NCBI GenBank assembly: GCA_950097015.1
Contig: CATNEN010000025.1
Span: forward strand, 2,170,001 to 2,234,000
Reading direction: 5' to 3'
DNA: 64,000 nucleotides
DNA from: Macrostomum hystrix
Taxonomy: Eukaryota > Animalia > Platyhelminthes
Below are positions 36,706 through 48,514 of this stretch, piece by piece. Below the pieces are notes generated by a model that worked only from the letters and a program-made list of their open reading frames with translations, was not told the DNA's origin and did not search any database. How positions within the stretch are numbered: the stretch's first letter is position 1; every line of letters begins with the position of its first letter. A program made the position numbers and the translations under genes.

Positions 36706-36922
36706 TCACTAGGCTACAACCTCTCACTGGGCTACAACCTCTCACTAGGCTACAACCTCTCACTAGGCTACAACCTCTCACTAGGCTACAACCTCTCACT
36801 AGGCTACAACCTCTCACTAGGCTACAACCTCTCACTAGGCTACAACCTCTCACTAGGCTACAACCTATCACTAGGCTACAACCTATCACTAGGCTACAAC
36901 CTATCACTAGGCTACAACCTCT
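36688..36922. repeat. 18-bp minisatellite (CACTAGGCTACAACCTCT) continuous with the SINE 5' end
   Basis: Visible. Confidence 0.95.
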
Positions 36923-37045
36923 AGGCTAGAGAGGTTGTAGCCTAGCTAAAAAACAGAAAAAGTTCTGAGAATAATAAGACAATACACATTATACATATAA
37001 ATAAATGTATGTGTTGATAAATATTAAATAAGAACAAGAAAAGTA

Positions 37046-38834
37046 CGAGGGGTGCCCCAAAAGTCCGTGCACTTTCTTTATTTCAGCCGGTTCTGAGCAA
37101 CCAAAAATATTCAGACTGCAGCAGTTACAAAGGCAATTATCTGCCCGCAAAAATGACCTGCTGTTTCTTCATGTATCTACTGCCATTCTCGGGATATTTT
37201 ACTTTTAGTGCCCCACCCCCTGTACCACTTCTACAAAGTGCCGTAAGCAGAGTTTTCGAGCTTTATCGATCTATTGAAAATGGTGTCGAACTTCAGTCAT
37301 GTCAGATTGGATGAGTTATGCACTTTGGGGTAAAATTTCTTTACTCTGGATTGTCTATGGTGAAAATGGCGTCCTTCGTTTGGCCGAGCCCATGTCATGA
37401 AAGGGCGAGCATTTGTGAGCACCTGGGTTTTCAAAGTTTTCGCTGAAGTTTTGCACTCTTGTTGCCAAGATGAGCTCAGTGCACAGCGTCGAGAGCCAAC
37501 GCAGCCAGATTTTTGCCCTGTGGACTGCAGGCTGGAATGCCAGTTGGATTGCTGACCATCTTCAAGAGCAACATGGAGACAGTGGTCTTAAACTGAGGGC
37601 CATTTATGGCTGGATTGAACGCTTCAATAGTGGCCAGCTGACAGTCTCTGACCAGCAGCGCAGTGGGCGGCCGCAATCGCCTGTAAACAAACTCCTTGGT
37701 GAACAAATTCAAGAATTGCTTGAAACTGATGCCAGACTGACAGTCCGCGAGATCGCAGACATACTCGGCAGCCCGAAGTCCACAATTCATCGCACAATGA
37801 CAGAGCAGTTGGAGCTGTCCAAGATCTCGGCCCGCTGGGTGCCGCGTCTCCTCACGCCCGACCTCAAAGCTCTCCGACTGGAGATTTCAGCATCCAACCT
37901 CAGGTTTGTTCAGGAGCAAGGTGGCTGGGATGATGTCCGCAATCTGGTCATCTCTGGGGACGAAACAGGGATCCCATTTTTCGACCCTGAGACGAAGGAG
38001 GAAAGCCGTGTTTGGGCGAAAAAGGGATCTCAACCTCCTGTGAAGGCTCACCGCGACAAGCACTCCAAGAAAATCATGATGACGATTTTCTTCGATCGAT
38101 CTGGCCCACTCACAGTCGAGTTCTTGGAAGAAGGGCAGACGATTAATGCTGACCGCTACTGCGCCACAGTACAGAAACTCAGGCTGATATCCAGAACAAG
38201 CGTCGGTCAGGTGAGAAGCCGTACCTTCTCCACCATGACAATGCACGCCCCCACACGGCCAAGAAGACAGTGGAGACGATTGAGCAGGCCAACTTCGAGT
38301 TGCTCTCACACCCACCCTATTCTCCGGATTTGTCACCAGCTGATTTCGCGATCTTTCCAAAAATGAAGAAGCTTCTGCGTGGACGAATATTTGCTTGTCG
38401 TGGGGATCTCGAGGCTTTGACTCGCCAAGTTCTCCTTCATGAGATGCCACGCTCAGATTTTGCCGATGCCATCGACGACATGCACACCCGATGGCAGAAG
38501 TGTGTACAGCGTGGTGGGGACTACGTAGAGAAGCCCCAGGACAATGTCGATGATTAAACTTTTACAGTTCTTTTTTCAGTTTTTTTAGTGTTACGGATGT
38601 TTCGTTGAAGTGCATCAGATGGAAAGCTGTTGTCTACGGCACTTTGTAGAAGTGGTGCTGGGGGTGGGGCACTAAAAGTAAAATATCCCGAGAATGACAG
38701 TAGATACATGAACAAACAGCAGGTCATTTTTGCGGGCAGATAATTTTCTTTGTAACTGCTGCAGTCTGAATATTTTTGGTTGCTCAGAACCGGCTGAAAT
38801 AAAGAAAGTGCACGGCCTTTCGGGACACCCCTCG
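37046..38834 (+). mobile_element. Full-length mariner (Tc1/mariner DD34D) DNA transposon with ~200-bp TIRs and TA TSD
   Basis: TA at 37044-45 and 38835-36. The left TIR 37046-37245 (CGAGGGGTGCCCCAAAAGTCCGTGCAC...) is the reverse complement of 38635-38834 with roughly 10 mismatches by eye. Internal transposase present. Confidence 0.95.
37470..38557 (+). pseudogene. Mariner transposase with a single -1 frameshift near 38181-38184
   Basis: N-terminal HTHs, WVPRLL, GDET, (after frameshift) HHDNARPH, HPPYSPDLSPAD(F). There are 34 residues between the 2nd and 3rd Asp. Adding one G to AGG|CT restores KLRADIQNKRR; this may be a sequencing error. Confidence 0.9.
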
Positions 38835-39428
38835 TATAAAAAATGACTTGATTATTTAATTAATATTTTCATATCTCAATTCAGTTTCCCTAATAATTAT
38901 ATGCTGTTCACCAATTTCTTCTTGTTCACTATAATAGAACTTTCTCTCATAATATTTAAACATTTACCTGCAAGAAAGGAAAAAAGTAATCATTTTGCTA
39001 CCCAAATACAGAAGCCACAGCTAGACAGATTTCATGTTGCTCCAGCCTCACGAGCGTGATATTTTCAGTATATAAATTTGAAAATTAACTTAAGTGAGCT
39101 AGACTGAGACAGGCGACAGATGATGGCAATTTAGAAGGCCTGTGATTGGTTGGCCGGGTTGCCTAGGGTGCTTGAGTGTGCGAGAGAGAGAGGGGTAAAA
39201 GAAGTACGCCTTGGCAACAAACCCCACGCAGATAGATTAGGTGAAGCCAGACTAGATGAAAAAGAAGCAATAGATGCGAGGTGAGGACAGGGCATTGAGG
39301 TAAGGGTTGCCATTGAAGTGTGTGTGTGTGTGTGCAGGTAAGGTAGCTTCTATAGTAGAAACTTATATAAACTGTGCACCTGATGTGTGTGTGTGTGTGT
39401 GTTTCTATGCTCGCATGAGTATAGTCAG

Positions 39429-42400
39429 GACTACCTCGCCATCGCCAAAGGCAGTCGCGTAGAGTTCTCCAGAATGCAGCTCGCTGGTCAGGAGATGCAC
39501 GAGATCGCTCTGGCGGTTCTCAAAAAGTCTGTCGAGGAACGCCTTGAAGAGGAGATCAAGGTGCTGATGAAGTGGCTTCGCGAGATGTCTAATAGGGACG
39601 CCAAGCAGGGCAAGGTGACTGTGCTGGGCGAGATTCAAGATGGTGAGCGCGTCTGCTGGCTGAATTGTTTCTGAGGCTTCTGTCATAAGTGAATGAGGTG
39701 GGAAATGAGTGAATGAGGTAGGAAATGAGTGAATGAGGTGGGAAATGAGTGAATGAGGTGGAAAATGAGGGAATGAGGTGGGAAATGAGTGAATGAGGTG
39801 GGAAATAGTGAATGAGGTGGGAAATGAGTGAATGAGGTGGGAAATGAGTGAATGAGGTGGGAAATAGTGAATGAGGTGGGAAATGAGTGAATGAGGTGGG
39901 AAATGAGTGAATGAGGTGGGAAATGAGTGAATGATGTGGGAAATAGTGAATGAGGTGGGAAATGAGTGAATGAGGTGGGAAATGAGTGAATGAGGTGGGA
40001 AATGAGTGAATGAGGTGGGAACTGAGTGAATAAAGTGGGAACTGAGTGAATGAGGTGGGAAATGAGTGAATGAGGTGGGAAATGAGTGAATGAGGTGGGA
40101 AATAAGTGAATAAGGTGGGAAATGAGTGAATAAGGCAAAAAGGGAGTAACCAAGGCAGAAAATGATTGAATGAAAAATTAAGTGAGTAAATTAGGTATTG
40201 GTGAGTGAATAAGGTGGGAAATGAGAAAAAAGTAAGAAATGTGAGTAAAGGATATAAATGTGGCAAAGTACAAATTGCTTCTTTATTTCAAATTCCCCCA
40301 GAGGTGCTGCACGAGATAGTGAAGGGCAGCAAGCTGGAGACTTACCAGCCAAACCAGATCCTCATCAAGCAGGGCAATGTCGGCTTCACCATGTACATCA
40401 TCCTCACTGGAATGTGTGACATTCGCATTTCCAGCGCCGACACGGCCGAAGAACAGGACGAAGAGGACGAAGCTGAAGTTGGCGACGGCGTTGATGGCGG
40501 CGGCGGCGGCAGCGAGCGGAAGTCGAGAAGCTTCGACGAAGGCGACGTGCTGCTGAAGAAAAAGCCTGCCGAAATTGAAGCCCTGTTAGGCGTCTCCGTT
40601 GGCACCTTCAATGGTGAGCCTTGAAGTCGCTGCGGCTAAGAAAGCTTGAGTACTGAGTGCACTGGTGCATTCTAAGTCTCGAGTTTTCAATGCTGAACTT
40701 CCTTCTTAAAAGGGAGCTTATTTTCAAATAATCATCTACCTACTACTATCACGAGTAGTCTGTTAGAAACAAAAGCTATTCGATTTTGTGAATTTCAAAA
40801 ACCTCTTTATTTAAGACACCTGAGCACACACAAACATGCGTACATCTGCCCCGACTTTCTCAGCGTCAGGCAGTGTGCACTTTCACTGTGCCATTGGGGT
40901 TTGGCCCTCGTGGGGCACGACAAGCACCCAAGCCATGTCTCCGTGGCTGCGCCCAAAATGAATGTGGCCTCACCGCGGATTCGAGCTCAGGGACCTCCTC
41001 GAGCGTCGAACGCGTTACCGTTCGGCTACTCAAAACTGACCCTACATAAATAACATCAAATCCTAACCTAAAACCTACACCTGAACCTAAGCCTGGACCC
41101 AAACCTGAAACTAAACCTCAACCTCAACCCCAGCCTGAACCCAAACCTGAACCTAAACCTCAACCTCAATCTGAACTCCATCCTGAACTCCAACCTAAAC
41201 CTCAACCTCAACCTGAACTCCAACCTGAACCCCAACCTGAACCCCAACCTGAACCCCAACCTGAACCCCAACCTGAACCCAAACCTGAACTCCGAACTGA
41301 ACTCCAACCTGAATCCCAACCTGAACTCCAACCTGAATCCCAACCTGAACCTCAACCTGAACCCGAACCTGAATCCCAACCTGAACCTCAACCGTAACTT
41401 TGCACAGCGGGCCACGCATTTGGCGAGGTGGCCCTAGTAAACGGAGTTCTGCGCACAGCTAGCGTGATCGTTAATCCGGACTCGGATCTGTGCCAGGTGC
41501 TGGTGATTGACAAGTCTTTGTTCGACAGAACCCTGCAGGACTACATGCGTCGCGAGGAGGCCGGCAAGGCGTTCTTCATAGAACAGTTTGCTTATTTCTC
41601 AGCTTGGCCGGTGAAGTTTAGGCAGCAACTGTTGCGCGGCCTGAGTAAAACCCGATTCAAATACAATGAGCAGGTGACGCGACAGGGTGACGAAATTGAC
41701 TGCGTGTACTTTATCACCAGGTGAGTGATTGATTGATCGCGTTATAAAATGATCCAACTGTTTTTTTCGTAGCTGCATGATCTGGAGTTCGAATCTCAGC
41801 CAGAAACTTTCCCATCGCTCTGTACGAGCATTAGATTGGTACAGCAGTTTTGGTTGGCTTGGTGGCTTTCACCAGTCCATGGACTGTACAGGCGTACATA
41901 GTATTTGAATGCTTGCACAGTAACTGAGGCTGCGCCACTGGCTGTACATTTGGCCCAAACAATTTGTCTTTTTAATCTACCTTACTGAAATGAAAGATAG
42001 AGGTTGAGGACTTGTGGTTTGAGCGTGGTACTCACGACTTGAAGGTCTGGGGTTCGATTCCCGACTCCACTAAAACAAATCGTGTCATTTAGCAAGACAC
42101 TTAACAACTCTGTATTGCTTCAGTTCACCCAGCTGTTAAATCGGTATGGCGTGGGTGTGGCATCCCCCCAGTCCATGGACTGAAGTAAGCAGCAGGCGTA
42201 ATCAATTATTCATTATTTATTGAACTGTGCTTCAACACCTATCAGCGGCGAAGTGAAGCAGAGCATGGTACCTGGCCTCCACCGCGAGCAGTACAGCCGG
42301 TTTCTCGGCCCCCAGTTGGTCAACGAAGTCTTCGGCGTCGAGCGGCACCCGCTGAACGAACGCCTGAAAGGCGCCGGTCGCTGCCGCGACTGGTGCTGCG

Positions 42401-45290
42401 TGTCTAAAAATGAAATCATCGGCGGCCTGGAGGTGGTGCTGGGCATGCGGACTTACCTGTGCCACGGCGTCTCCACCCAGGAGACCAACATGTACCGCCT
42501 GAACCTCAGGGAGTGGACTCGACTAGTTGAGAGGCGCCATCCCACCACACTCAAGTGAGCTGAGCCATGCGCGGAGTGCGGAGCGGTGTCACGGCTCTGA
42601 ATCTAGCTGCGATTCTAGATAAGGCTCTAGCTGCGATTCTAGATAAGGCTCTAGCTGCGATTCTAGATAAGGCTCTAGCTGCGATTCTAGATAAGTCTCT
42701 AGCTGCGATTCTAGATAAGGCTCTAGCTGCGATTCTAGATAAGGCTCTAGCTGCGATTCTAGATAAGGCTCTAGCTGCGATTCTAGATAAGGCTCTAGCT
42801 GCGATTCTAGATAAGGCTCTAGCTGCGATTCTAGATAAGGCTCTAGCTGCGATTCTAGATAAGGCTCTAGCTGCGATTCTAGATAAGGCTCTAGCTGCGA
42901 TTCTAGATAAGGCTCTAGCTGCGATTCTAGATAAGGCTCTAGCTGCGATTCTAGATAAGGCTCTAGCTGCGATTCTAGATAAGGCTCTAGCTGCGATTCT
43001 AGATAAGGCTCTAGCTGCGATTCTAGATAAGGCTCTAGCTGCGATTCTAGATAAGGCTCTAGCTGCGATTCTAGATAAGGCTCTAGCTGCGATTCTAGAT
43101 AAGGCTCTAGCTGCGATTCTAGATAAGGCTCTAGCTGCGATTCTAGATAAGGCTCTAGCTGCGATTCTAGATAAGGCTCTAGCTGTGATTCTAGATAAGG
43201 CTCTAGCTGCGATTCTAGATAAGGCTCTAGCTGCGATTCTAGATAAGGCTCTAGCTGCGATTCTAGATAAGGCTCTAGCTGCGATTCTAGATAGGCTCTA
43301 GCTGCGATTCTAGATAGGCTCTAGCTGCGATTCTAGATAAGGCTCTAGCTGCGATTCTGATAAGGCTCTAGCTGCGATTCTAGATAGGCTCTAGCTGCGA
43401 TTCTAGATAAGGCTCTAGCTGCGATTCTAGATAAGGCTCTAGCTGCGATTCTAGATAAGGCTCTAGCTGCGATTCATAGATAAGGCTCTAGCTGCGATTC
43501 TAGATAAGGGATCTAGCTGCGATTCTGATAAGGCTCTAGCTGCGTCTAGATAAGGCTCTAGCTGCGATTCTAGATAAGGCTCTAGCTGCGATTCTAGATA
43601 AGGCTCTAGCTGCGATTCTAGATAAGGCTCTAGCTGCGATTCTAGATAAGGCTCTAGCTGCGATTCTAGATAAGGCTCTAGCTGCGATTCTAGATAAGGC
43701 TCTAGCTGCGATTCTAGATAAGGCTCTAGCTGCGATTCTAGATAAGGCTCTAGCTGCGATTCTAGATAAGGCTCTAGCTGCGATTCTAGATAAGGCTCTA
43801 GCTGCGATTCTAGATAAGGCTCTAGCTGCGATTCTAGATAAGGCTCTAGCTGCGATTCTAGATAAGGCTCTAGCTGCGATTCTAGATAAGGCTCTAGCTG
43901 CGATTCTAGATAAGGCTCTAGCTGCGATTCTAGATAAGGCTCTAGCTGCGATTCTAGATAAGGCTCTAGCTGCGATTCTAGATAAGGCTCTAGCTGCGAT
44001 TCTAGATAAGGCTCTAGCTGCGATTCTAGATAAGGCTCTAGCTGCGATTCTAGATAAGGCTCTAGCTGCGATTCTAGATAAGGCTCTAGCTGCGATTCTA
44101 GATAAGGCTCTAGCTGCGATTCTAGATAAGGCTCTAGCTGCGATTCTAGATAAGGCTCTAGCTGCGATTCTAGATAAGGCTCTAGCTGCGATTCTAGATA
44201 AGGCTCTAGCTGCGATTCTAGATAAGGCTCTAGCTGCGATTCTAGATAAGGCTCTAGCTGCGATTCTAGATAAGGCTCTAGCTGCGATTCTAGATAAGGC
44301 TCTAGCTGCGATTCTAGATAAGGCTCTAGCTGCGATTCTAGATAAGGCTCTAGCTGCGATTCTAGATAAGGCTCTAGCTGCGATTCTAGATAAGGCTCTA
44401 GCTGCGATTCTAGATAAGGCTCTAGCTGCGATTCTAGATAAGGCTCTAGCTGCGATTCTAGATAAGGCTCTAGCTGCGATTCTAGATAAGGCTCTAGCTG
44501 CGATTCTAGATAAGGCTCTAGCTGCGATTCTAGATAAGGCTCTAGCTGCGATTCTAGATAAGGCTCTAGCTGCGATTCTAGATAAGGCTCTAGCTGCGAT
44601 TCTAGATAAGGCTCTAGCTGCGATTCTAGATAAGGCTCTAGCTGCGATTCTAGATAAGGCTCTAGCTGCGATTCTAGATAAGGCTCTAGCTGCGATTCTA
44701 GATAAGGCTCTAGCTGCGATTCTAGATAAGGCTCTAGCTGCGATTCTAGATAAGGCTCTAGCTGCGATTCTAGATAAGGCTCTAGCTGCGATTCTAGATA
44801 AGGCTCTAGCTGCGATCTAGATAAGGCTCTAGCTGCGATTCTAGATAAGGCTCTAGCTGCGATTCTAGATAAGGCTCTAGCTGCGATTCTAGATAAGGCT
44901 CTAGCTGCGATTCTAGATAAGGCTCTAGCTGCGATTCTAGATAAGGCTCTAGCTGCGATTCTAGATAAGGCTCTAGCTGCGATTCTAGATAAGGCTCTAG
45001 CTGCGATTCTAGATAAGGCTCTAGCTGCGATTCTAGATAAGGCTCTAGCTGCGATTCTAGCTAGTCTCGTTCTAAGATCCAATAATATTGTATTGTGAAA
45101 TATTTTAAAAAATAGTCTTATGATAATACGCTCGTACTTTATCACCATCGGCAGCTCCATCAAGGAGGACCTGCTGTGTCGTTTGACCTTGCGAACGCTG
45201 CTTTTGCACACGAGTGAGGCGCCACTTCTGGGACACGCCATCGGCCTGCTGTACGAACAGGTGCGGAAGCTCGATCGTCAGGCGCAGTCT

Positions 45291-45327
<37 letters not shown>

Positions 45328-46942
45328 CGCAGCTAACACTTTTTCAGCAGCAGCAAACGAAGCCACGTCGCGGCCATCTGCAGCTGCCCCGCATCGGGCC
45401 GCTGATCGATCAGTGGGGTCCGGGCACCGTGTTCGACTACATCAATCGACGATTTCGCCGGCAACAACTGCGCGATGCGCGCGCGGCTGCCGCCGTCTTG
45501 GATCCGGCATCTGCGGTTGGTGTTGGCGGCGGACCAGCTGGCGTTGGCACACTGCCGCTGCCACCGCCGCCACCGCCGCCTCCGCCGGCGCAGTCTTCTA
45601 AGCTGAAGTCGCTGCTGATGGCTACAGCGAGTCAGCCGCATGATGACGAAGAGGAGCTGGAGCCGGAGGAGCTGCAATACAGAGACCGGTGCCGCCTGCT
45701 GCGCATCCTGTCCGAAGGTCAGCACGATTCGCGGCCAAGGATTGGCCGGCCATTTCTGGCCAGGGAAGAGCTGGAGCTGGTCGGCATGGAGCGGCTAGAA
45801 TCCCAGGTTGGTCATAAGTGACTGTCTTCAACTCATTGAGTCTTCATCGATAGCCTTCCAATGACCCGTAGACTCGTCCAGATGTTGGCATTTAAGGCAC
45901 TGCATTGTTTAGCCTGCATTGCAGAGCCTGCATTGTTTACGTCGAGAGCCTGCATTGTTTACGTCGTGAGCCTGAATTGTTTACGTCGAGAGCCTGCATT
46001 GTTTACGTCGAGAGCCTGCATTGTTTACGTCGAGAGCCTGCATTGTTTAAGTCGAGAGCCTTCCATAGTATCCGATTGAAGCACTTGTGGAAAGCCTTCA
46101 TCGATATCGTCGAGAGCCTTGCATAGTATTTTAGGCACTCTTAAGCATTAATTGAAAGCTTCCGTCTCATACGTAGAGAGCCTTCCATAATTGTTTATTT
46201 AGGCACTCTTAAGCATTAATTGAAAGCTTCCGTCTCATACGTAGAGAGCCTTCCATAATTGTTTATTTAGGTACTCTTGAGCATTAATTAAAAGAGTCCG
46301 TCTCATACGTAGAGAGCCTTCCATAATTGTTTATTTAGGTACTCTTGAGCATTAATTAAAAGAGTCCGTCTCATACGTAGAGAGCCTTCCATAATTGTTT
46401 ATTTAGGTACTCTTGAGCATTAATTAAAAGAGTCCGTCTCATACGTAGAGAGCCTTCCATAATTGTTTATTTAGGTACTCTTGAGCATTAATTAAAAGAG
46501 TCCGTCTCATACGTAGAGAGCCTTCCATAATTGTTTATTTAGGTACTCGTACTCTTTAGCATTCATTGAAAGCATTCGTCACATCCGTCGAGCGCCTTTC
46601 ATACAATGAAGTATATATTTCAACTATTCTTAAAACTGGCCAATCGCTCAGGTGAGCGAGTTCTGCCAGCGACTCCGCAAACCCGGCGAACGCTCTGTCA
46701 CAGTGCCGCAGCTGACTAGACCGGAGCTGCTGGAACCGCCGAAGGAGCCGTCCTGCGGCCTCCTGCGGCCGGTAGCGAATCGGAAAACTCGCGCACAACG
46801 ACGGCACAGTCACGGCGTCAGCGACGGCAGCAGCGGTGCTGTCAGCGTCAGTGGTGGCGGCACCTTGACAGCTTCCAGACGCATTCTACCCGCCATCGGA
46901 GTGGAAAACACCTGGAGACATTCCGTTGCCGGCGATCGGTGA
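39429..46942 (+). CDS. Cyclic nucleotide-binding domain protein with two CNB domains (CNBD1/CNBD2-like); 5' end uncertain
   Basis: Exons ~39429-39642, 40302-40613, 41408-41720, 42246-42554, 45155-45806 and 46652-46942 join in consistent phases (1/1/2/2/0) with GT-AG ends. Motifs: [17 protein letters not shown], phosphate-binding cassette [15 protein letters not shown], second domain [13 protein letters not shown]|SGEV, and a polyQ/polyP C-terminal region. Confidence 0.8.
39688..40135. repeat. 20-bp minisatellite (GTGAATGAGGTGGGAAATGA)
   Basis: Visible, intronic. Confidence 0.93.
40819..41031 (-). mobile_element. tRNA-derived SINE, family B (intronic copy)
   Basis: Shares CCTGAGCACACAC, TCAGGCAGTGT, GCACGACAAGC, GGCTGCGCCC.AAATGAATGTGGCCTC and CTCAGGGACC with 25441-25660. 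Confidence 0.7.
41065..41395. repeat. 6/12-bp repeat (CCTGAACTCCAA-like)
   Basis: Visible; ends ~10 bp before the acceptor at 41407. Confidence 0.9.
42003..42190 (+). mobile_element. tRNA-derived SINE, family A (intronic copy)
   Basis: ACTCACGACTTGAAGGTCTGGGGTTCGATTCCCGACTCCACT...TTAGCAAGACACTTAAC...CAGTTCACCCAGCTGTTAAAT...CAGTCCATGGACTG is colinear with the 36495-36705 copy. Confidence 0.75.
42600..45063. repeat. 24-bp minisatellite (CTAGCTGCGATTCTAGATAAGGCT), ~100 nearly identical copies
   Basis: Visible, intronic. Confidence 0.98.
45905..46060. repeat. 22-bp repeat (GCCTGCATTGTTTACGTCGAGA)
   Basis: Visible. Confidence 0.88.
46130..46548. repeat. 68-bp tandem repeat x~6
   Basis: GTTTATTTAG recurs at 46261 and 46329 and so on. 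Confidence 0.92.
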
Positions 46943-47139
46943 CCTGGAAGGCTGTCCGTCAGTTCATGACTGGGTTTATTAATAATCTGTATGACTGCTC
47001 TACTATGAGTAATTCAAGTATGCAGATTTCAGATTTCACAAAACAAGCCGCAATGTAAATATTGTTTGTCTCTTACAATGATTGGCAATCTCAGTCTCAC
47101 AGCTAGATGCGGCCCTCCGAATCCAACACCTCTAAGCTC

Positions 47140-47905
47140 CCTCATCTCTCCCCTGTCTCATCTCTCCCCTGTCTCATCTCTCCCCTGTCTCATCTCTCCC
47201 CTGTCTCATCTCTCCCCTGTCTCATCTCTCCCCTGTCTCATCTCTCCCCTGTCTCATCTCTCCCCTGTCTCATCTCTCCCCTGTCTCATCTCTCCCCTGT
47301 CTCATCTCTCCCCTGTCTCATCTCTCCCCTGTCTCATCTCTCCCCTGTCTCATCTCTCCCCTGTCTCATCTCTCCCCTGTCTCATCTCTCCCCTGTCTCA
47401 TCTCTCCCCTGTCTCATCTCTTTCCTGTCTCATCTCTCCCCTGTCTCATCTCTCCACTGTCTCATCTCTCCCCTGTCTCATCTCTCCCCTGTCTCATCTC
47501 TCCCCTGTCTCATCTCTCCCCTGTCTCATCTCTCCCCTGTCTCATCTCTCCCCTGTCTCATCTCTCCCCTGTCTCATCTCTCCCCTGTCTCATCTCTCCC
47601 CTGTCTCATCTCTCCCCTGTCTCATCTCTCCCCTGTCTCATCTCTTTCCTGTCTCATCTCTCCCCTGTCTCATCTCTCCACTGTCTCATCTCTCCCCTGT
47701 CTCATCTCTTTCCTGTCTCATCTCTCCCCTGTCTCATCTCTTTCCTGTCTCATCTCTCTTCTGTCTCATCTCTTTCCTGTCTCATCTCTCCCCTGTCTCA
47801 TCTCTCCCCTGTCTCATCTCTCCCCTGTCTCATCTCTCTTCTGTCTCATCTCTCTTCTGTCTCATCTCTTTCCTGTCTTATCTCTCTTCTGTCTTATCTC
47901 TGCTG
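47140..47905. repeat. 16-bp pyrimidine minisatellite (CTGTCTCATCTCTCCC)
   Basis: Visible. Confidence 0.95.
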
Positions 47906-48514
47906 TGTCTCCGAGGAAAAAATGTTGCTAAGCGCTGTTCTATGAAGACAAAACTAATTCTAACAATAATAATGTTATATTATTTGTTAAAATAATAATA
48001 ATAAATTGCAATTAGTGTTAGAGTTGGTTTTGCTAAAGAAGTTCGGCTACTTGGAATAATTGCCCTTTTTGTGTGTGCGCGCATATTTGCTACCTATTAG
48101 TAACGATAATAATAATAATACTAGTGTAAACGGTTTGCTTGAAATGTGCCGAGAAGACTTTCAACTGCAGACCTGCTGGCTTCGCGTAGCTTCTGTTGAC
48201 AGCACAGAAACAGGGTGGAGGGGGGAGAGGAGGGAAGTCGAGCCGACCACCTGCTCTGAGCACACTTTGAGCATAGAGGCATGACTGCAGTGAGTTGACA
48301 GGCCTTTAAATATAGTTTTCTAACCGACGTTTGGGATTGTCTATTTGGGGAAGGAAAAACGTTTGGCTGCAAGGGAAATTAGTGACGTGCTTAACTGGTG
48401 AATAAGTAATGCTGTGTAAAAATAGCAAATCTGCACAAATATTAGATGGAAGAGGAATAGACAACAAGCCTGTTAGAAGACAGAAGTGGATCGAGGGTAA
48501 ACAACTGACAGTGA

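Noticed and set aside
25095-42190. tRNA genes (cloverleaf-like heads at ~25110, ~25600, ~36650, ~40990, ~42030)
   Set aside because: Anticodon and acceptor stems are degenerate and each head continues into a shared non-tRNA body, so these are SINEs.
42567-45241. Long ORFs LAAILDKA / SQLEPYLE (244 and 592 aa)
   Set aside because: Translations of a 24-bp intronic array, broken by random 1-bp indels.
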